From positions 1 through 32,775 of the forward strand of contig JAYEKQ010000044.1 of NCBI GenBank assembly GCA_034661095.1: a stretch of DNA of 32,775 nt, given 5' to 3'. The position numbers and the translations under genes are program-made. The notes under the pieces are model-generated. The model saw nothing but the letters and a program-made list of their open reading frames with translations. It made no database searches and was not told where the DNA came from. Of this stretch, positions 16,741 to 25,851 are shown in pieces (position 1 is the stretch's first letter; each line of letters opens with the position of its first letter). The stretch is from Patescibacteria group bacterium (GTDB taxonomy: Bacteria; Patescibacteriota; Minisyncoccia; Minisyncoccales; PWPS01).

Positions 16741-18344
16741 TTTTTCTTTTTTTGAAAAGCGCTTTTTATTGCATCTCTGAGTTTGTTTATAGAACTTTTT
16801 TTAGTTTCTTGCTCTTTCGCTAGATTAATTGCTTCACGAAAAAAGTTTTTTTCTTCTTTTGTTTCTTCCTTTTCTTTAGTTTTTTTGGTTTGTTTAATAG
16901 TTGTTTCTTTCTTTCTACAAGTTTTACAGTAAGTAGGTCTACTCCCATCAGGAAGAAAAGGAACTTTTGTTTTTTTACCGCACTTTGAACAGATAGCATC
17001 ATAAAGAACTTGCTCTTGTTGTGCTGGCTGTTCACCTTCCTTTACCTTAAAGTCTTGCAACCAACGAGAAAGCTTCTCTTCCACTTTTCTCTTGTCTTTT
17101 CCGTATCGTTCTCTGGAAGCATTTATTGCTTTTTCTGCCATATTCTCTTCTTCTACTTTAAATGGAGGAAGCGTTTTTGCTGAAAAGGGGTTTCCAGATA
17201 TTCCATCAATCATCAGTTTTGTATATATATTGTATTTTGGAAGATTAATTATATCTTCAATAGTAATATTCGTTGCAAACTCCTTCTCTAAAAGCTCTGA
17301 GTCTTTTGATCCCAATCGAAAAGCAACGATTGTTCCAACATTTCCTAAAATCGCATCTCTCATCTGACTACCTTGCCGATCTTGATCTTCAAGTTGACCC
17401 ACATACTGATGACTTAAAATTAAAGACAAACGATATTTTCTGGCTTCTGATAATATATTTATAAAAGAACGAGTTGCAAAGTTTTGAAACTCATCAATAT
17501 ACAAAAAAAAGTCTTTTCTTTCTTCTTCAGGAATCTTTACTCTCGCCATCGCTGCAATTTGTAACTTAGTAATAAGAAGAGCTCCAAGAAGCATTGAGTT
17601 GTCTTCTCCAAGTTTTCCCTTTGAAAGATCAACAATCAGTATTTTTCGATTGTTTATAATCTCTTCCATATCAATAGTTGACTTCACTTGCCCAATAATA
17701 TTTCTGATTAACGCGCTTGAAGCAAACTGTCCTACTTTGTTTTGAATTGCTGCTACTGCTTCTGTGGCATACTGCTGACTCCAAGAAGAAAACTCCTTTG
17801 TCCAAAATGCTTTCACTATTGGATCGGTTATTTTTTCAACCACTTTTTCTCTAAAAGTAGCATCAGACATCATTCTGCTTATTCCTAAAAGAGTTGAATT
17901 TGGATAATCAAGCAAAGCAAGAATCGTATTATTTAAAATATACTCCATTCTTGGTGACCAGACATCGGGCCATATCTTTTTGAAAATCCCCATCAATCCT
18001 GAAGCAACAAGGTGACGATGTTCTTTGTCCACTTCTTCCATCACATTAAATCCGATTACTTTATCAAGATCTGATGGATTAAAGTAAACTACATCACTGA
18101 TTCTTTCTTGAGGAATGTGTTTCAATAAAACTTCCGCTGCCTCACCATGAGGGTCAATAAATCCAATTCCTTCACCGTTTTTAATGTCTTGTATTGCCAT
18201 ATTTTCAAGCATTACTGACTTTCCCATTCCTGTTTTTCCAACGGAATAAAAGTGACGACGACGGTCATCTCTTTTTATTCCAAATTTCTTTTCTTGATTG
18301 CGAAAAGTAGTAACTCCAAAATATGTAATATCGTTGTTGTTCAT
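16737..18344 (-). CDS. VirD4/TraD-like (type IV coupling protein family) P-loop ATPase lacking TM segments, with C-terminal CxxC-N20-CxxC zinc ribbon and Lys-rich tail
   Basis: Walker A SVGKTGMGKS and Walker B FFLYIDEFQNF, with overall resemblance to TraD/TrwB/VirD4 NTPase domains (from memory, not searched). Tail contains CSKCGKKTKVPFLPDGSRPTYCKTC followed by K/E-rich sequence. Confidence 0.7.
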   Translation of the reverse strand: MNNNDITYFGVTTFRNQEKKFGIKRDDRRRHFYSVGKTGMGKSVMLENMAIQDIKNGEGIGFIDPHGEAAEVLLKHIPQERISDVVYFNPSDLDKVIGFNVMEEVDKEHRHLVASGLMGIFKKIWPDVWSPRMEYILNNTILALLDYPNSTLLGISRMMSDATFREKVVEKITDPIVKAFWTKEFSSWSQQYATEAVAAIQNKVGQFASSALIRNIIGQVKSTIDMEEIINNRKILIVDLSKGKLGEDNSMLLGALLITKLQIAAMARVKIPEEERKDFFLYIDEFQNFATRSFINILSEARKYRLSLILSHQYVGQLEDQDRQGSQMRDAILGNVGTIVAFRLGSKDSELLEKEFATNITIEDIINLPKYNIYTKLMIDGISGNPFSAKTLPPFKVEEENMAEKAINASRERYGKDKRKVEEKLSRWLQDFKVKEGEQPAQQEQVLYDAICSKCGKKTKVPFLPDGSRPTYCKTCRKKETTIKQTKKTKEKEETKEEKNFFREAINLAKEQETKKSSINKLRDAIKSAFQKKKK

Positions 18345-18346
18345 AA

Positions 18347-19663
18347 TTATACTGGCAAATTAGCAGGTGGCTCTTTCTTTTTTGCTTCAACTCTTGAAAT
18401 TGAAGAGTAAGGAGAAGAGTATTTTGAAGGAAAGTGATACAGGCTTGCAAGCTCTTCAGAGTTTAAAATAAAAGTTTGACCTTTTTTTGATTTAGGAAAA
18501 AATGCCGGAACTCTTCGCAAGTAGTTTCTAAAAATTTTTCTCTTTCTAACATATAATCGTCTTTCAATAAACCAAAACCAATTATACCAACCCTGACTAA
18601 TTTTAGTAATTGTTTCTTTCCATGGAGTAAGTTTATTGTGTCCATTAAACTGATTGATATAACCTATTGGTAATTTAACCCTGTTCCCTGAAAACTTTTC
18701 TTTTTTTGCAACATAAACAAAACGAATAAAACACTCATAAAGATGTTTTGATTTTTTTGCCTCAATCGCTTTTATCTTTTCTTTTTCTCCAGAAATCAGT
18801 TTCATTTCTGGAAGAGAGTCATCTTCTTTCACTTCTGGCTTAGGAGGAAATCCAATGAAAGTATTTAAAATATCTGCAAAAAATCCTAGTCCTTTTGGTT
18901 TTTCTCTTCTTCCTGCAATTTTGTTTATTTCTTTATCGGCTTTCTTGAAAAATCCTATTTCTGAATCAGCAACCGGAGTTGCACTTATTATAATCCAAAT
19001 CTGCTCTCCTTTTTCAATTCTGTTAAGACCTTCTACAAGATTTGCCATCGGATCAATCCTTTTTTCTTCTTTTATCTCTTTCTCTGTTTCAAACTCACGA
19101 TATGTTTTTATCGGATAAATATCCGTTCCAGAAATAGTAAAATCAGTCCCCCAAAGATCCCATCTTTCATTTGGAATATCAGTAGGAAGTTTTTGAGTAT
19201 AATCCTCAACTTCAAAAATTTCTGCCTCTGGGTATTCAGCATAAATACTTGACTCAAAAAGATCCCTGTCATTCACTGGGCAACGAACCAAAAAACGAGG
19301 ATTACCATCAATAGATATTACTTCAAGTGAAAATCCTGCTTCAGTTTTTCCCTTCCACCACTTGTCATACCAACTAGGGATACCATAGAGAGGCCAGAAC
19401 CCAACAATAACATTTTCCATAGCACGAATCGGTTTCTCCATATTTTGTGGAATAAAAACTTCCAACAAAATTGACTTATCATCACGAGAAATATTTCTCC
19501 AGAAGAGCCAGTGTCTTTTAACTTCTGGGATTAAAATAAAGGGAATTATGAGCCACCACCAAGTTGTAAAAATATCAAATACAATTTTAAAAAGAGGAAT
19601 TAACCCTGTAAATACCTCTGAAAAATCAGTCCATATTTTATTAAGCAATGGTATATTTTCCAT
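18347..19663 (-). CDS. Hypothetical membrane protein, partner of the T4CP-like ATPase
   Basis: N-terminal Trp-rich TM hairpin (IFTTWWWLIIPFILIP), a large soluble domain and a C-terminal ELASLYHFPS motif. Its stop is 2 nt from the ATPase start. No family recognised. Confidence 0.6.
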   Translation of the reverse strand: MENIPLLNKIWTDFSEVFTGLIPLFKIVFDIFTTWWWLIIPFILIPEVKRHWLFWRNISRDDKSILLEVFIPQNMEKPIRAMENVIVGFWPLYGIPSWYDKWWKGKTEAGFSLEVISIDGNPRFLVRCPVNDRDLFESSIYAEYPEAEIFEVEDYTQKLPTDIPNERWDLWGTDFTISGTDIYPIKTYREFETEKEIKEEKRIDPMANLVEGLNRIEKGEQIWIIISATPVADSEIGFFKKADKEINKIAGRREKPKGLGFFADILNTFIGFPPKPEVKEDDSLPEMKLISGEKEKIKAIEAKKSKHLYECFIRFVYVAKKEKFSGNRVKLPIGYINQFNGHNKLTPWKETITKISQGWYNWFWFIERRLYVRKRKIFRNYLRRVPAFFPKSKKGQTFILNSEELASLYHFPSKYSSPYSSISRVEAKKKEPPANLPV

Positions 19664-20615
19664 CAGGAGTTCTTATAAAATACTTTTTATTACTTAAATT
19701 TTGAATTATTGTATTTTTCTTTACTATTCTCTGCTTAGCAACATAAGTTATAATCTCATCTTTATAGAGAGCTCCTTCTTTTTTTAGTATCTTTCTAATA
19801 ACTTCTTTAACTTCTCCTGGAACATAGCCCCACTCAGCAAGAGCATAGACCCCTCTTCCAACAAGAACAAAAGAAGGATCTTTTATCAGTTCATTATGTG
19901 TTGTTTGTGGATTTGATTTTCCTTCAAGAGAAGCAGCGATATCTTTAAAGTGAAGAGGTTTTTTCGCTTCTTTCAAGGAAAGGTAAACTTTGTCTCTTAT
20001 TCCTTTTGGATTAACATCAGGCCACTTGTAGAGACCTAATTTTCCGTTTTTACTTTTTCCAATCTCTTTTGATGTTTCAATAATAAATAAAAGCTGATTT
20101 ATATCTATTTCTTCTTTTAATTTTTTTTTTATTTCTTCTGCTGAAAAAAGTTTTTTTTCTTTTTCAAAAATACTGTAAATTTCTTCTATTATTTTTTCTG
20201 CTTTATCTAGTTTTTCTTTATCAGTAACCCACACCACATATCTTTTTGGTGACTCGTAAACTCTTGAAAACTTTTCATCTATATTTAAAAGAAAAATAAT
20301 ATAATTTTTTTCATCATTGTTTTTAGTCAACTCTTCAAGAAAACTATCTTCTTTTCTGACTCCTCCAAACTCTTCCATCTTGTTTCTTAAAAACAAAAGA
20401 ACATCACTATACTTATCAACGCTTTTTTTGATCTTCCTTATTCCATCTCTTTCAATTTGGCGAACTCTTTCTCTGGTAATTCCATGACTCTTTCCAACTG
20501 CCTCTAGTGTTTCTCTTTTTTTTTCAAATAGACCAAACCTCTTAGAGATAATGTCTCTGGTTCTTTCTGGTAAAACAACCAGTAATTCTTTACAAATGTT
20601 TTTATAATTAAACAT
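19641..20615 (-). CDS. Sigma-70 region 4-like HTH protein with C-terminal HARE-HTH-like domain
   Basis: N-terminus RDIISKRFGLFEKKRETLEAVGKSHGITRERVRQIERDGIRKIKK resembles sigma region 4.2. C-terminus HFKDIAASL ... VLVGRGVYALAEWGY resembles a HARE-HTH / RpoE-delta N-domain. Its start is 4 nt after the secF stop. Confidence 0.6.
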   Translation of the reverse strand: MFNYKNICKELLVVLPERTRDIISKRFGLFEKKRETLEAVGKSHGITRERVRQIERDGIRKIKKSVDKYSDVLLFLRNKMEEFGGVRKEDSFLEELTKNNDEKNYIIFLLNIDEKFSRVYESPKRYVVWVTDKEKLDKAEKIIEEIYSIFEKEKKLFSAEEIKKKLKEEIDINQLLFIIETSKEIGKSKNGKLGLYKWPDVNPKGIRDKVYLSLKEAKKPLHFKDIAASLEGKSNPQTTHNELIKDPSFVLVGRGVYALAEWGYVPGEVKEVIRKILKKEGALYKDEIITYVAKQRIVKKNTIIQNLSNKKYFIRTPDGKYTIA

Positions 20616-20619
20616 ATAG

Positions 20620-21546
20620 CTAATTCTTCTTACTATTATTATGCCTTTTTATATCATTCCAGTCAAGAACAAGTGGTCCTGCAATAAATATTGAAGAGTA
20701 TGTTCCTACTGCAACACCTATTATTAAAGCTAAGGTAAAATAATATATATTACCACCTACTAAAAACAGCACAGAAAAAAGAACAAAAAGGGTAGTCAAA
20801 GATGTGCTTAAAGACCTTCCTACTACTTCATTTAAACTTTTATTAATAACTACTTCAAGCTCCCCTCTATCACTTTTTTCTTCTCTGTATTTTTCTTTTT
20901 TTCTTAAATTTTCTCTAATCCTATCAAAAATAACAACTGTGTCATTTAAAGAGTATCCAAGAGTTGTTAAAAAAGCAACAACGATTGGTACCGTAACTGG
21001 AACACTGTAAAAATATCCAAGCAGTGCAAATACTCCTGTCAAAATAAGAATATCGTGAAAAAAGGCAATTCCAGTTGCGATTACTCCATATTTCAAAGAA
21101 TTAACTGAACCATTTTTTTGTTGAAAGATAATACTAATATAGAAAATAACAAGCAGTGACGCTAATAAAATAGCAAATACTGAGTTCTTTTTAAGCTCAC
21201 TTCCAATTGTAGGTCCAATTGCTTTAAACTGTTTCACTTCAGCATTTTCTAACGCTCCTGTAATTGCTTCGTAAACCTCTTCTTCTGATTCTCTTGCTTT
21301 TATTAAAAAACCATCTTCTTCTAATGGCTGAACATTTATTTCATGAAGATTAAGCAGTTCTAATTTTTCTGCAACTTCTTCTACTGAAGGCCTGTTCTCT
21401 TGATACTCAACCTCAATAATACTTCCTCCTGAAAAGTCAATTCCAGGAACAAGTCCTAAAAAGATAACTGCAAGTAAACTCAAAAGACAAAAAGTTCCTG
21501 AAACCCAGTAATAAATATTTTTATATCTAATAAAATTTATACCCAT
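20620..21546 (-). CDS. secF: Protein translocase subunit SecF
   Basis: SecF topology and motifs (GIDFSGGS, DTVVIFDRIREN). Overlaps the secD stop by 10 nt. Confidence 0.92.
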   Translation of the reverse strand: MGINFIRYKNIYYWVSGTFCLLSLLAVIFLGLVPGIDFSGGSIIEVEYQENRPSVEEVAEKLELLNLHEINVQPLEEDGFLIKARESEEEVYEAITGALENAEVKQFKAIGPTIGSELKKNSVFAILLASLLVIFYISIIFQQKNGSVNSLKYGVIATGIAFFHDILILTGVFALLGYFYSVPVTVPIVVAFLTTLGYSLNDTVVIFDRIRENLRKKEKYREEKSDRGELEVVINKSLNEVVGRSLSTSLTTLFVLFSVLFLVGGNIYYFTLALIIGVAVGTYSSIFIAGPLVLDWNDIKRHNNSKKN

Positions 21547-22934
21547 ATTTTTCTTAATTTCAAATCCTCAAGTTTTTCACAAAAGAAAGCTCTTAACAAC
21601 ATCCTGTTAATAATCATCACCGAAAAAATACTAACTAAAATTCCTAATATTAACACTACTGCAAATCCACGGACAAAACTTGTTGTAATAAAGAAGATAA
21701 CAAAAGCGACAATCAGCGTTGTTATGTTTCCATCTCTTATTGATGACCACGCTTTCAGATAACTTTCTTCTATGCTTTTTCTTATATTACTACCCTTCTT
21801 CATCTCCTCTCTCATTCTTGATAAAACTAAAACATTGGCATCTATCGCCATTCCGATTGAAAGAATAAATCCAGCAATTCCCGAAAGAGTAAGTGTTACT
21901 CCAATTATTTTGAAAAGTGAAATCACTAAAAGCGTATAAACAAAAAGTGATATTACTGAAATAAGTCCTGACAAACGATAAACTAAAATAATAAAAATTG
22001 AAACTAATGTCGCCCCTACTAACCCTGCTTTTACAGCAAGAGCAAGGACCGTCACTCCAAGTTCAGGGCCAATGCTCTGTTGTGAAACAAGAGAAATAGG
22101 AACTGGTAGCGCTCCAATTCTTAAATCACGAGCAGTAGCATATGCTTCTTCTGCTGAAAAGTCACCACTAATCTGTGCTTTTCCTCCTGTTATTTTTTCT
22201 TGGACAACCGCTTCTTGAAGAATGCTTCCATCTAAAAATGTTGCTAGTGGCTTTCCTATATTACGGTCTGTTATCTCTTCAAAAAGCACCGCTCCTTTTT
22301 CATTAAACTCAAGAGTAATTAGCGGTTTTTGTGTTACTTGATTTATAACAACACTTGCGTCTTCAAGATGACGACCAGTAAGTCCAGTTAATTCATAGTG
22401 AGGAGTTGTTATCACTTCCCACCCTTCAATCTCTCCACTTTCTTCAACATCAAGTAAGTCTTGAAAAGTAACTTCGTTTCTTTCTTTATCAAGATACTCT
22501 TCAATCTCTTTCCATTTCTTTTCTTTTATTTCTTCTTTCTCTTCTGATATTTCTCGGAAGTCAAGAAAAGGAGTTTCTCCAATTATTTTTATCGCTTCTT
22601 CTAAATTATGCTGTCCAGGAATTTCAACTTCCAACCGATCTTCTCTTATTCGAACCGATGATTCCGTAATTCCATAAAGATTAATTCTTTTTTCAATCAA
22701 GTCACGCAAACCTTCCATTCTTTCTTCTTTTTCTCCTCCAGGGACATCTTCAAGATCTGCTTGATAGAGAAGATAAGCTCCTCCTTCAAGATCAAGTCCT
22801 AAATTAAAAGAAGACTCTTCCACTTTTGGAAAAGATTCTGGTGTTTTTTCATTAAACTGTTTAGGGAATATTATTACTCCACATAAAAATATCACTAAAA
22901 AAATAAACAGTATTGCTGTAATTTTTTCTTTCAT
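21537..22934 (-). CDS. secD: Protein translocase subunit SecD
   Basis: LGLDLEGGAYLLY periplasmic-domain start and a C-terminal six-TM SecD region (GMAIDANVLVLSRMREE). Confidence 0.92.
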   Translation of the reverse strand: MKEKITAILFIFLVIFLCGVIIFPKQFNEKTPESFPKVEESSFNLGLDLEGGAYLLYQADLEDVPGGEKEERMEGLRDLIEKRINLYGITESSVRIREDRLEVEIPGQHNLEEAIKIIGETPFLDFREISEEKEEIKEKKWKEIEEYLDKERNEVTFQDLLDVEESGEIEGWEVITTPHYELTGLTGRHLEDASVVINQVTQKPLITLEFNEKGAVLFEEITDRNIGKPLATFLDGSILQEAVVQEKITGGKAQISGDFSAEEAYATARDLRIGALPVPISLVSQQSIGPELGVTVLALAVKAGLVGATLVSIFIILVYRLSGLISVISLFVYTLLVISLFKIIGVTLTLSGIAGFILSIGMAIDANVLVLSRMREEMKKGSNIRKSIEESYLKAWSSIRDGNITTLIVAFVIFFITTSFVRGFAVVLILGILVSIFSVMIINRMLLRAFFCEKLEDLKLRKIWV

Positions 22935-22943
22935 AACTCTAAT

Positions 22944-22972
22944 AATATAACATTTTTAATCATCAATGTCAA
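22944..22972 (-). promoter_or_regulatory. Promoter TTGACA-N17-(TGt)TATATT for secD, 9 nt from the ATG
   Basis: Minus strand reads TTGACAttgatgattaaaaaTGtTATATTattagagttATG. Confidence 0.6.
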
Positions 22973-22987
22973 ATAACCATCGTTTCT

Positions 22988-23141
22988 AAAGAAAGCACGC
23001 AAAACAACACAAAACTTTTCCCGAGGTGAGACCTCGGGAACTCTCCTCTGCCATTCTGAAGGAGCGAAGCAACTGAAGAATCCCATTATCTTTGCAAAAA
23101 CCTTGAGATTCTTCGCTCCACTTCGTTCCGCTCAGAATGAC
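22988..23141. repeat. Composite repeat: AAAGAAAGC leader, CCCGAGG hairpin, ~92-nt long palindrome
   Basis: 22988-23046 aligns with 31775-31834. Hairpin cccgaggtgagacctcggg at 23020-23038. The palindrome gccattctgaagg ... ccgctcagaatgac spans 23050-23141, with its loop inverted relative to 3506-3588 and 31844-31913. Confidence 0.8.
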
Positions 23142-23152
23142 AGTGGGGTATT

Positions 23153-25687
23153 CTACTTCCCGTGACACTTTTTGAACTTCACTGGTGTTCCATCTGGGTG
23201 AGTTGCTCCACAAGGACAAGGATCGTTTCTTTTCACTCCACTAAAGTTTTTTAATTTTTCTTTTGCCGGATCTATGTTTTTTCTTATTATTATTCTAGAA
23301 CTATTTCTTGTCTTTTCTGCTTTTTTAATCTTTGTAATTCTATCAGCAATCATTGATTCAATATTCTTCATCATATTACTAAACGCAATGTGTCCCTCTT
23401 TTTTATACTCAACCAAAGGTTCTTTCTGCCCATAAGCTCTCAATCTTACTGCTTCTCTCAACTCATCCATCATTGTTAAATGATCTTTCCATAAAAAGTC
23501 CATTGTTCGTAAACAAACAAACCTTTCAACTTTCCTCATCTCTTCTCTCCCAATCTCTTTTTCTTTTTCTAAATACTCTTTTTCATCTTTTTCTTGTCTT
23601 TTTAAAACTTCAAGAATATAGGAACGAAGGCTTTTTTCTGAGTTTTCATCTTCTACTTCTGCTCTTTCAAGAACTTCATTTCTTAGTTCATAAAACTTTT
23701 TACGATGTTTAAACAAAACATCATCATACTGCATTATCTGTTTTCTGGCATCAAAGTGATGACCTTCAACTTTTTTCTGTGCTGATTGAATAATCTTTGT
23801 TATATAACCAATTCTTATCGGTTCATCGTCAGGAAGATTAAATCTTTCCATCATCGCTTGAACTTTTTCTCCACCAAAAATCCTCAACAAGCTATCTTCA
23901 AGAGAAACAAAAAACTGACTTTCTCCTGGATCTCCTTGTCTTCCACATCTTCCTCGAAGCTGATCATCAATTCTTCTTGCTTCATGTCTTTCTGTTCCTA
24001 AAACAAAAAGTCCGCCAGCTTCTTTAACTTTTTTTGATTCTTCTTCATCTGGAGGATTACCACCAAGAACAATATCAACTCCTCTTCCTGCCATATTTGT
24101 AGCCACTGTCACCGCCCCCCACCTTCCTGCTTGAGCAATAATCTCCGCTTCTTTCTCGTGGTTTTTAGCATTCAAAACATTATGCTTAACTCCTTGTCTT
24201 TTTAACATAACCGAAAGTATCTCATTCTTTTCAATAGACGCTGTTCCAATTAAAACTGGTTGTCCTTTTTCATTTCTTCTTTTAACTTCTTCAACCACTG
24301 CATCTAATTTTACTTGTTCTGTTTTGTAAACAACATCAGGGAAAGATGTTCTAATTAAATTTTTGTGAGTTGGAATTACTGCTACTTCAGTCCCGTAAAC
24401 TTTAAACAGCTCTTCTTCAGAAGAAATTGCTGTTCCAGTCATTCCTGATATTTTTTCATACATTTTAAACAAATTCTGAAAAGTAACACTTGCCATTGTT
24501 TGTGATTCTGGTCTTATCTGAACTCCTTCTTTTGCTTCAATTGCTTGATGGAGACCTCCTGACCATCTTCTTCCCGGCATAAGTCGCCCTGTAAACTCAT
24601 CAACGATAATCACTTCTCCATCTTTAACCACATAGTTAATATCTTTTTCGTATAACGGTTTTTTTGTTCCGGGATGCTTTGCTTGAGCACGAAGAGTTTG
24701 CTCTAGATAGTAAACAGAATCCATTCCTTTCTCATCATATATATTCTCAACACCAAGGATCTTCTCAACCTTCTCTACTCCTTCTTCAGTTAAAGTTACT
24801 GCTTTTTCTTTCTCGTGAACCTCATAATCACTTCCTGCTTCTAGTTTTGGAACAATTTGCGAAGAAAACTCTTTATACATCTTCTTCTTGTTTTCAAACT
24901 CTTCTTGTTCTTCTGGAACAGATATTATAAGAGGAGTTCTTGCTTCATCAATTAAAATAGAATCAACCTCATCTATCACTGCATAATTAAATCCGCGTTG
25001 AGTTTTCTTTTCAATGCTTATTGCCATATTATCTCGCAGATAATCAAACCCAAACTGATTATTTGTTCCATAAGTTATATCTACCTGATAAGCTTCTTTT
25101 CTAGTACAAGGACGAAGAAAATCTTCTTCAACATAAAACGATCCAAGAGTATCACGAACACTGTCTTTCTCTTCATCTCCTGACTTGTAATAAGGATCAT
25201 ACAAAAAAGATTGTCTATCGTTTATACAACCAATTGAAAGTCCTAAAAAGTGATAAATTTGTCCCATCCAAACTGTATCTCTTCTTGCCAAGTAATCATT
25301 GACAGTAATAATATGAACTCCTTTTTTTGTAAGTGCGTTTAAATAAACTGCAAGTGTAGCAGAAAGAGTTTTTCCTTCTCCTGTTTTCATTTCAGCTATC
25401 TTTCCTTGATGAAGAGCAATCCCTCCCATAATCTGAGAGTCGTAATGTCGCTGTCCCAAGGTTCGCTTTGCTGTTTCTCTAACCAAAGCAAATCCTTCAG
25501 ACATAACATTGTCTAAGGGTTCTCCTTTCTCTACTTTATCCTGAAGATTTTTTGCTCTTTTTTTTAAATCCTCATCAGAAATATCCTTCAGCTCTTTCTC
25601 AATATCATTAACTTCAATAACAAACGGTTCAATTGATTTCACATATTTTTCTTTGGGATCGCCAAATATTTTCTTTAAAAAAGACAT
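23153..25687 (-). CDS. secA: Preprotein translocase ATPase SecA
   Basis: 844 aa. MKTGEGKTL Walker A, DEVDSILIDEARTPLIIS, and a C-terminal zinc finger CPCGATHPDGTPVKFKKCHGK. Confidence 0.96.
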   Translation of the reverse strand: MSFLKKIFGDPKEKYVKSIEPFVIEVNDIEKELKDISDEDLKKRAKNLQDKVEKGEPLDNVMSEGFALVRETAKRTLGQRHYDSQIMGGIALHQGKIAEMKTGEGKTLSATLAVYLNALTKKGVHIITVNDYLARRDTVWMGQIYHFLGLSIGCINDRQSFLYDPYYKSGDEEKDSVRDTLGSFYVEEDFLRPCTRKEAYQVDITYGTNNQFGFDYLRDNMAISIEKKTQRGFNYAVIDEVDSILIDEARTPLIISVPEEQEEFENKKKMYKEFSSQIVPKLEAGSDYEVHEKEKAVTLTEEGVEKVEKILGVENIYDEKGMDSVYYLEQTLRAQAKHPGTKKPLYEKDINYVVKDGEVIIVDEFTGRLMPGRRWSGGLHQAIEAKEGVQIRPESQTMASVTFQNLFKMYEKISGMTGTAISSEEELFKVYGTEVAVIPTHKNLIRTSFPDVVYKTEQVKLDAVVEEVKRRNEKGQPVLIGTASIEKNEILSVMLKRQGVKHNVLNAKNHEKEAEIIAQAGRWGAVTVATNMAGRGVDIVLGGNPPDEEESKKVKEAGGLFVLGTERHEARRIDDQLRGRCGRQGDPGESQFFVSLEDSLLRIFGGEKVQAMMERFNLPDDEPIRIGYITKIIQSAQKKVEGHHFDARKQIMQYDDVLFKHRKKFYELRNEVLERAEVEDENSEKSLRSYILEVLKRQEKDEKEYLEKEKEIGREEMRKVERFVCLRTMDFLWKDHLTMMDELREAVRLRAYGQKEPLVEYKKEGHIAFSNMMKNIESMIADRITKIKKAEKTRNSSRIIIRKNIDPAKEKLKNFSGVKRNDPCPCGATHPDGTPVKFKKCHGK

Positions 25688-25760
25688 AATAATTTAAAAT
25701 TACAAATTCAAATACTTAGAATTACAAACTGGATTGCTTTATTTTGTTAAACACACTGAT

Positions 25761-25844
25761 TTCTGGACTCCCAGTTAATACTCGGTCGTAGCCAAACACA
25801 TGGCTGGGAATAAAAACTTATTTCTCCATAGGTCCGACCTATGG
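25761..25844. repeat. Two hairpin modules (tcccag ... ctggga, then ccatagg tccga cctatgg)
   Basis: Inverted repeats at 25769-25812 and 25826-25844. The second is followed by atttttgtttt on the plus strand. Confidence 0.7.
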
Positions 25845-25851
25845 ATTTTTG

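Noticed and set aside
16737-20615. Integrative conjugative element or plasmid remnant as the explanation for the T4CP-like ATPase
   Set aside because: There is no relaxase, VirB4, integrase, flanking tRNA-associated direct repeat or visible compositional shift. The genes sit inside the secDF transcription unit between core genes. This cannot be fully excluded without a wider context.
22986-23219. 77-aa minus-strand ORF
   Set aside because: It consists of repeat modules plus the out-of-frame 3' end of secA. It has no independent coding evidence.
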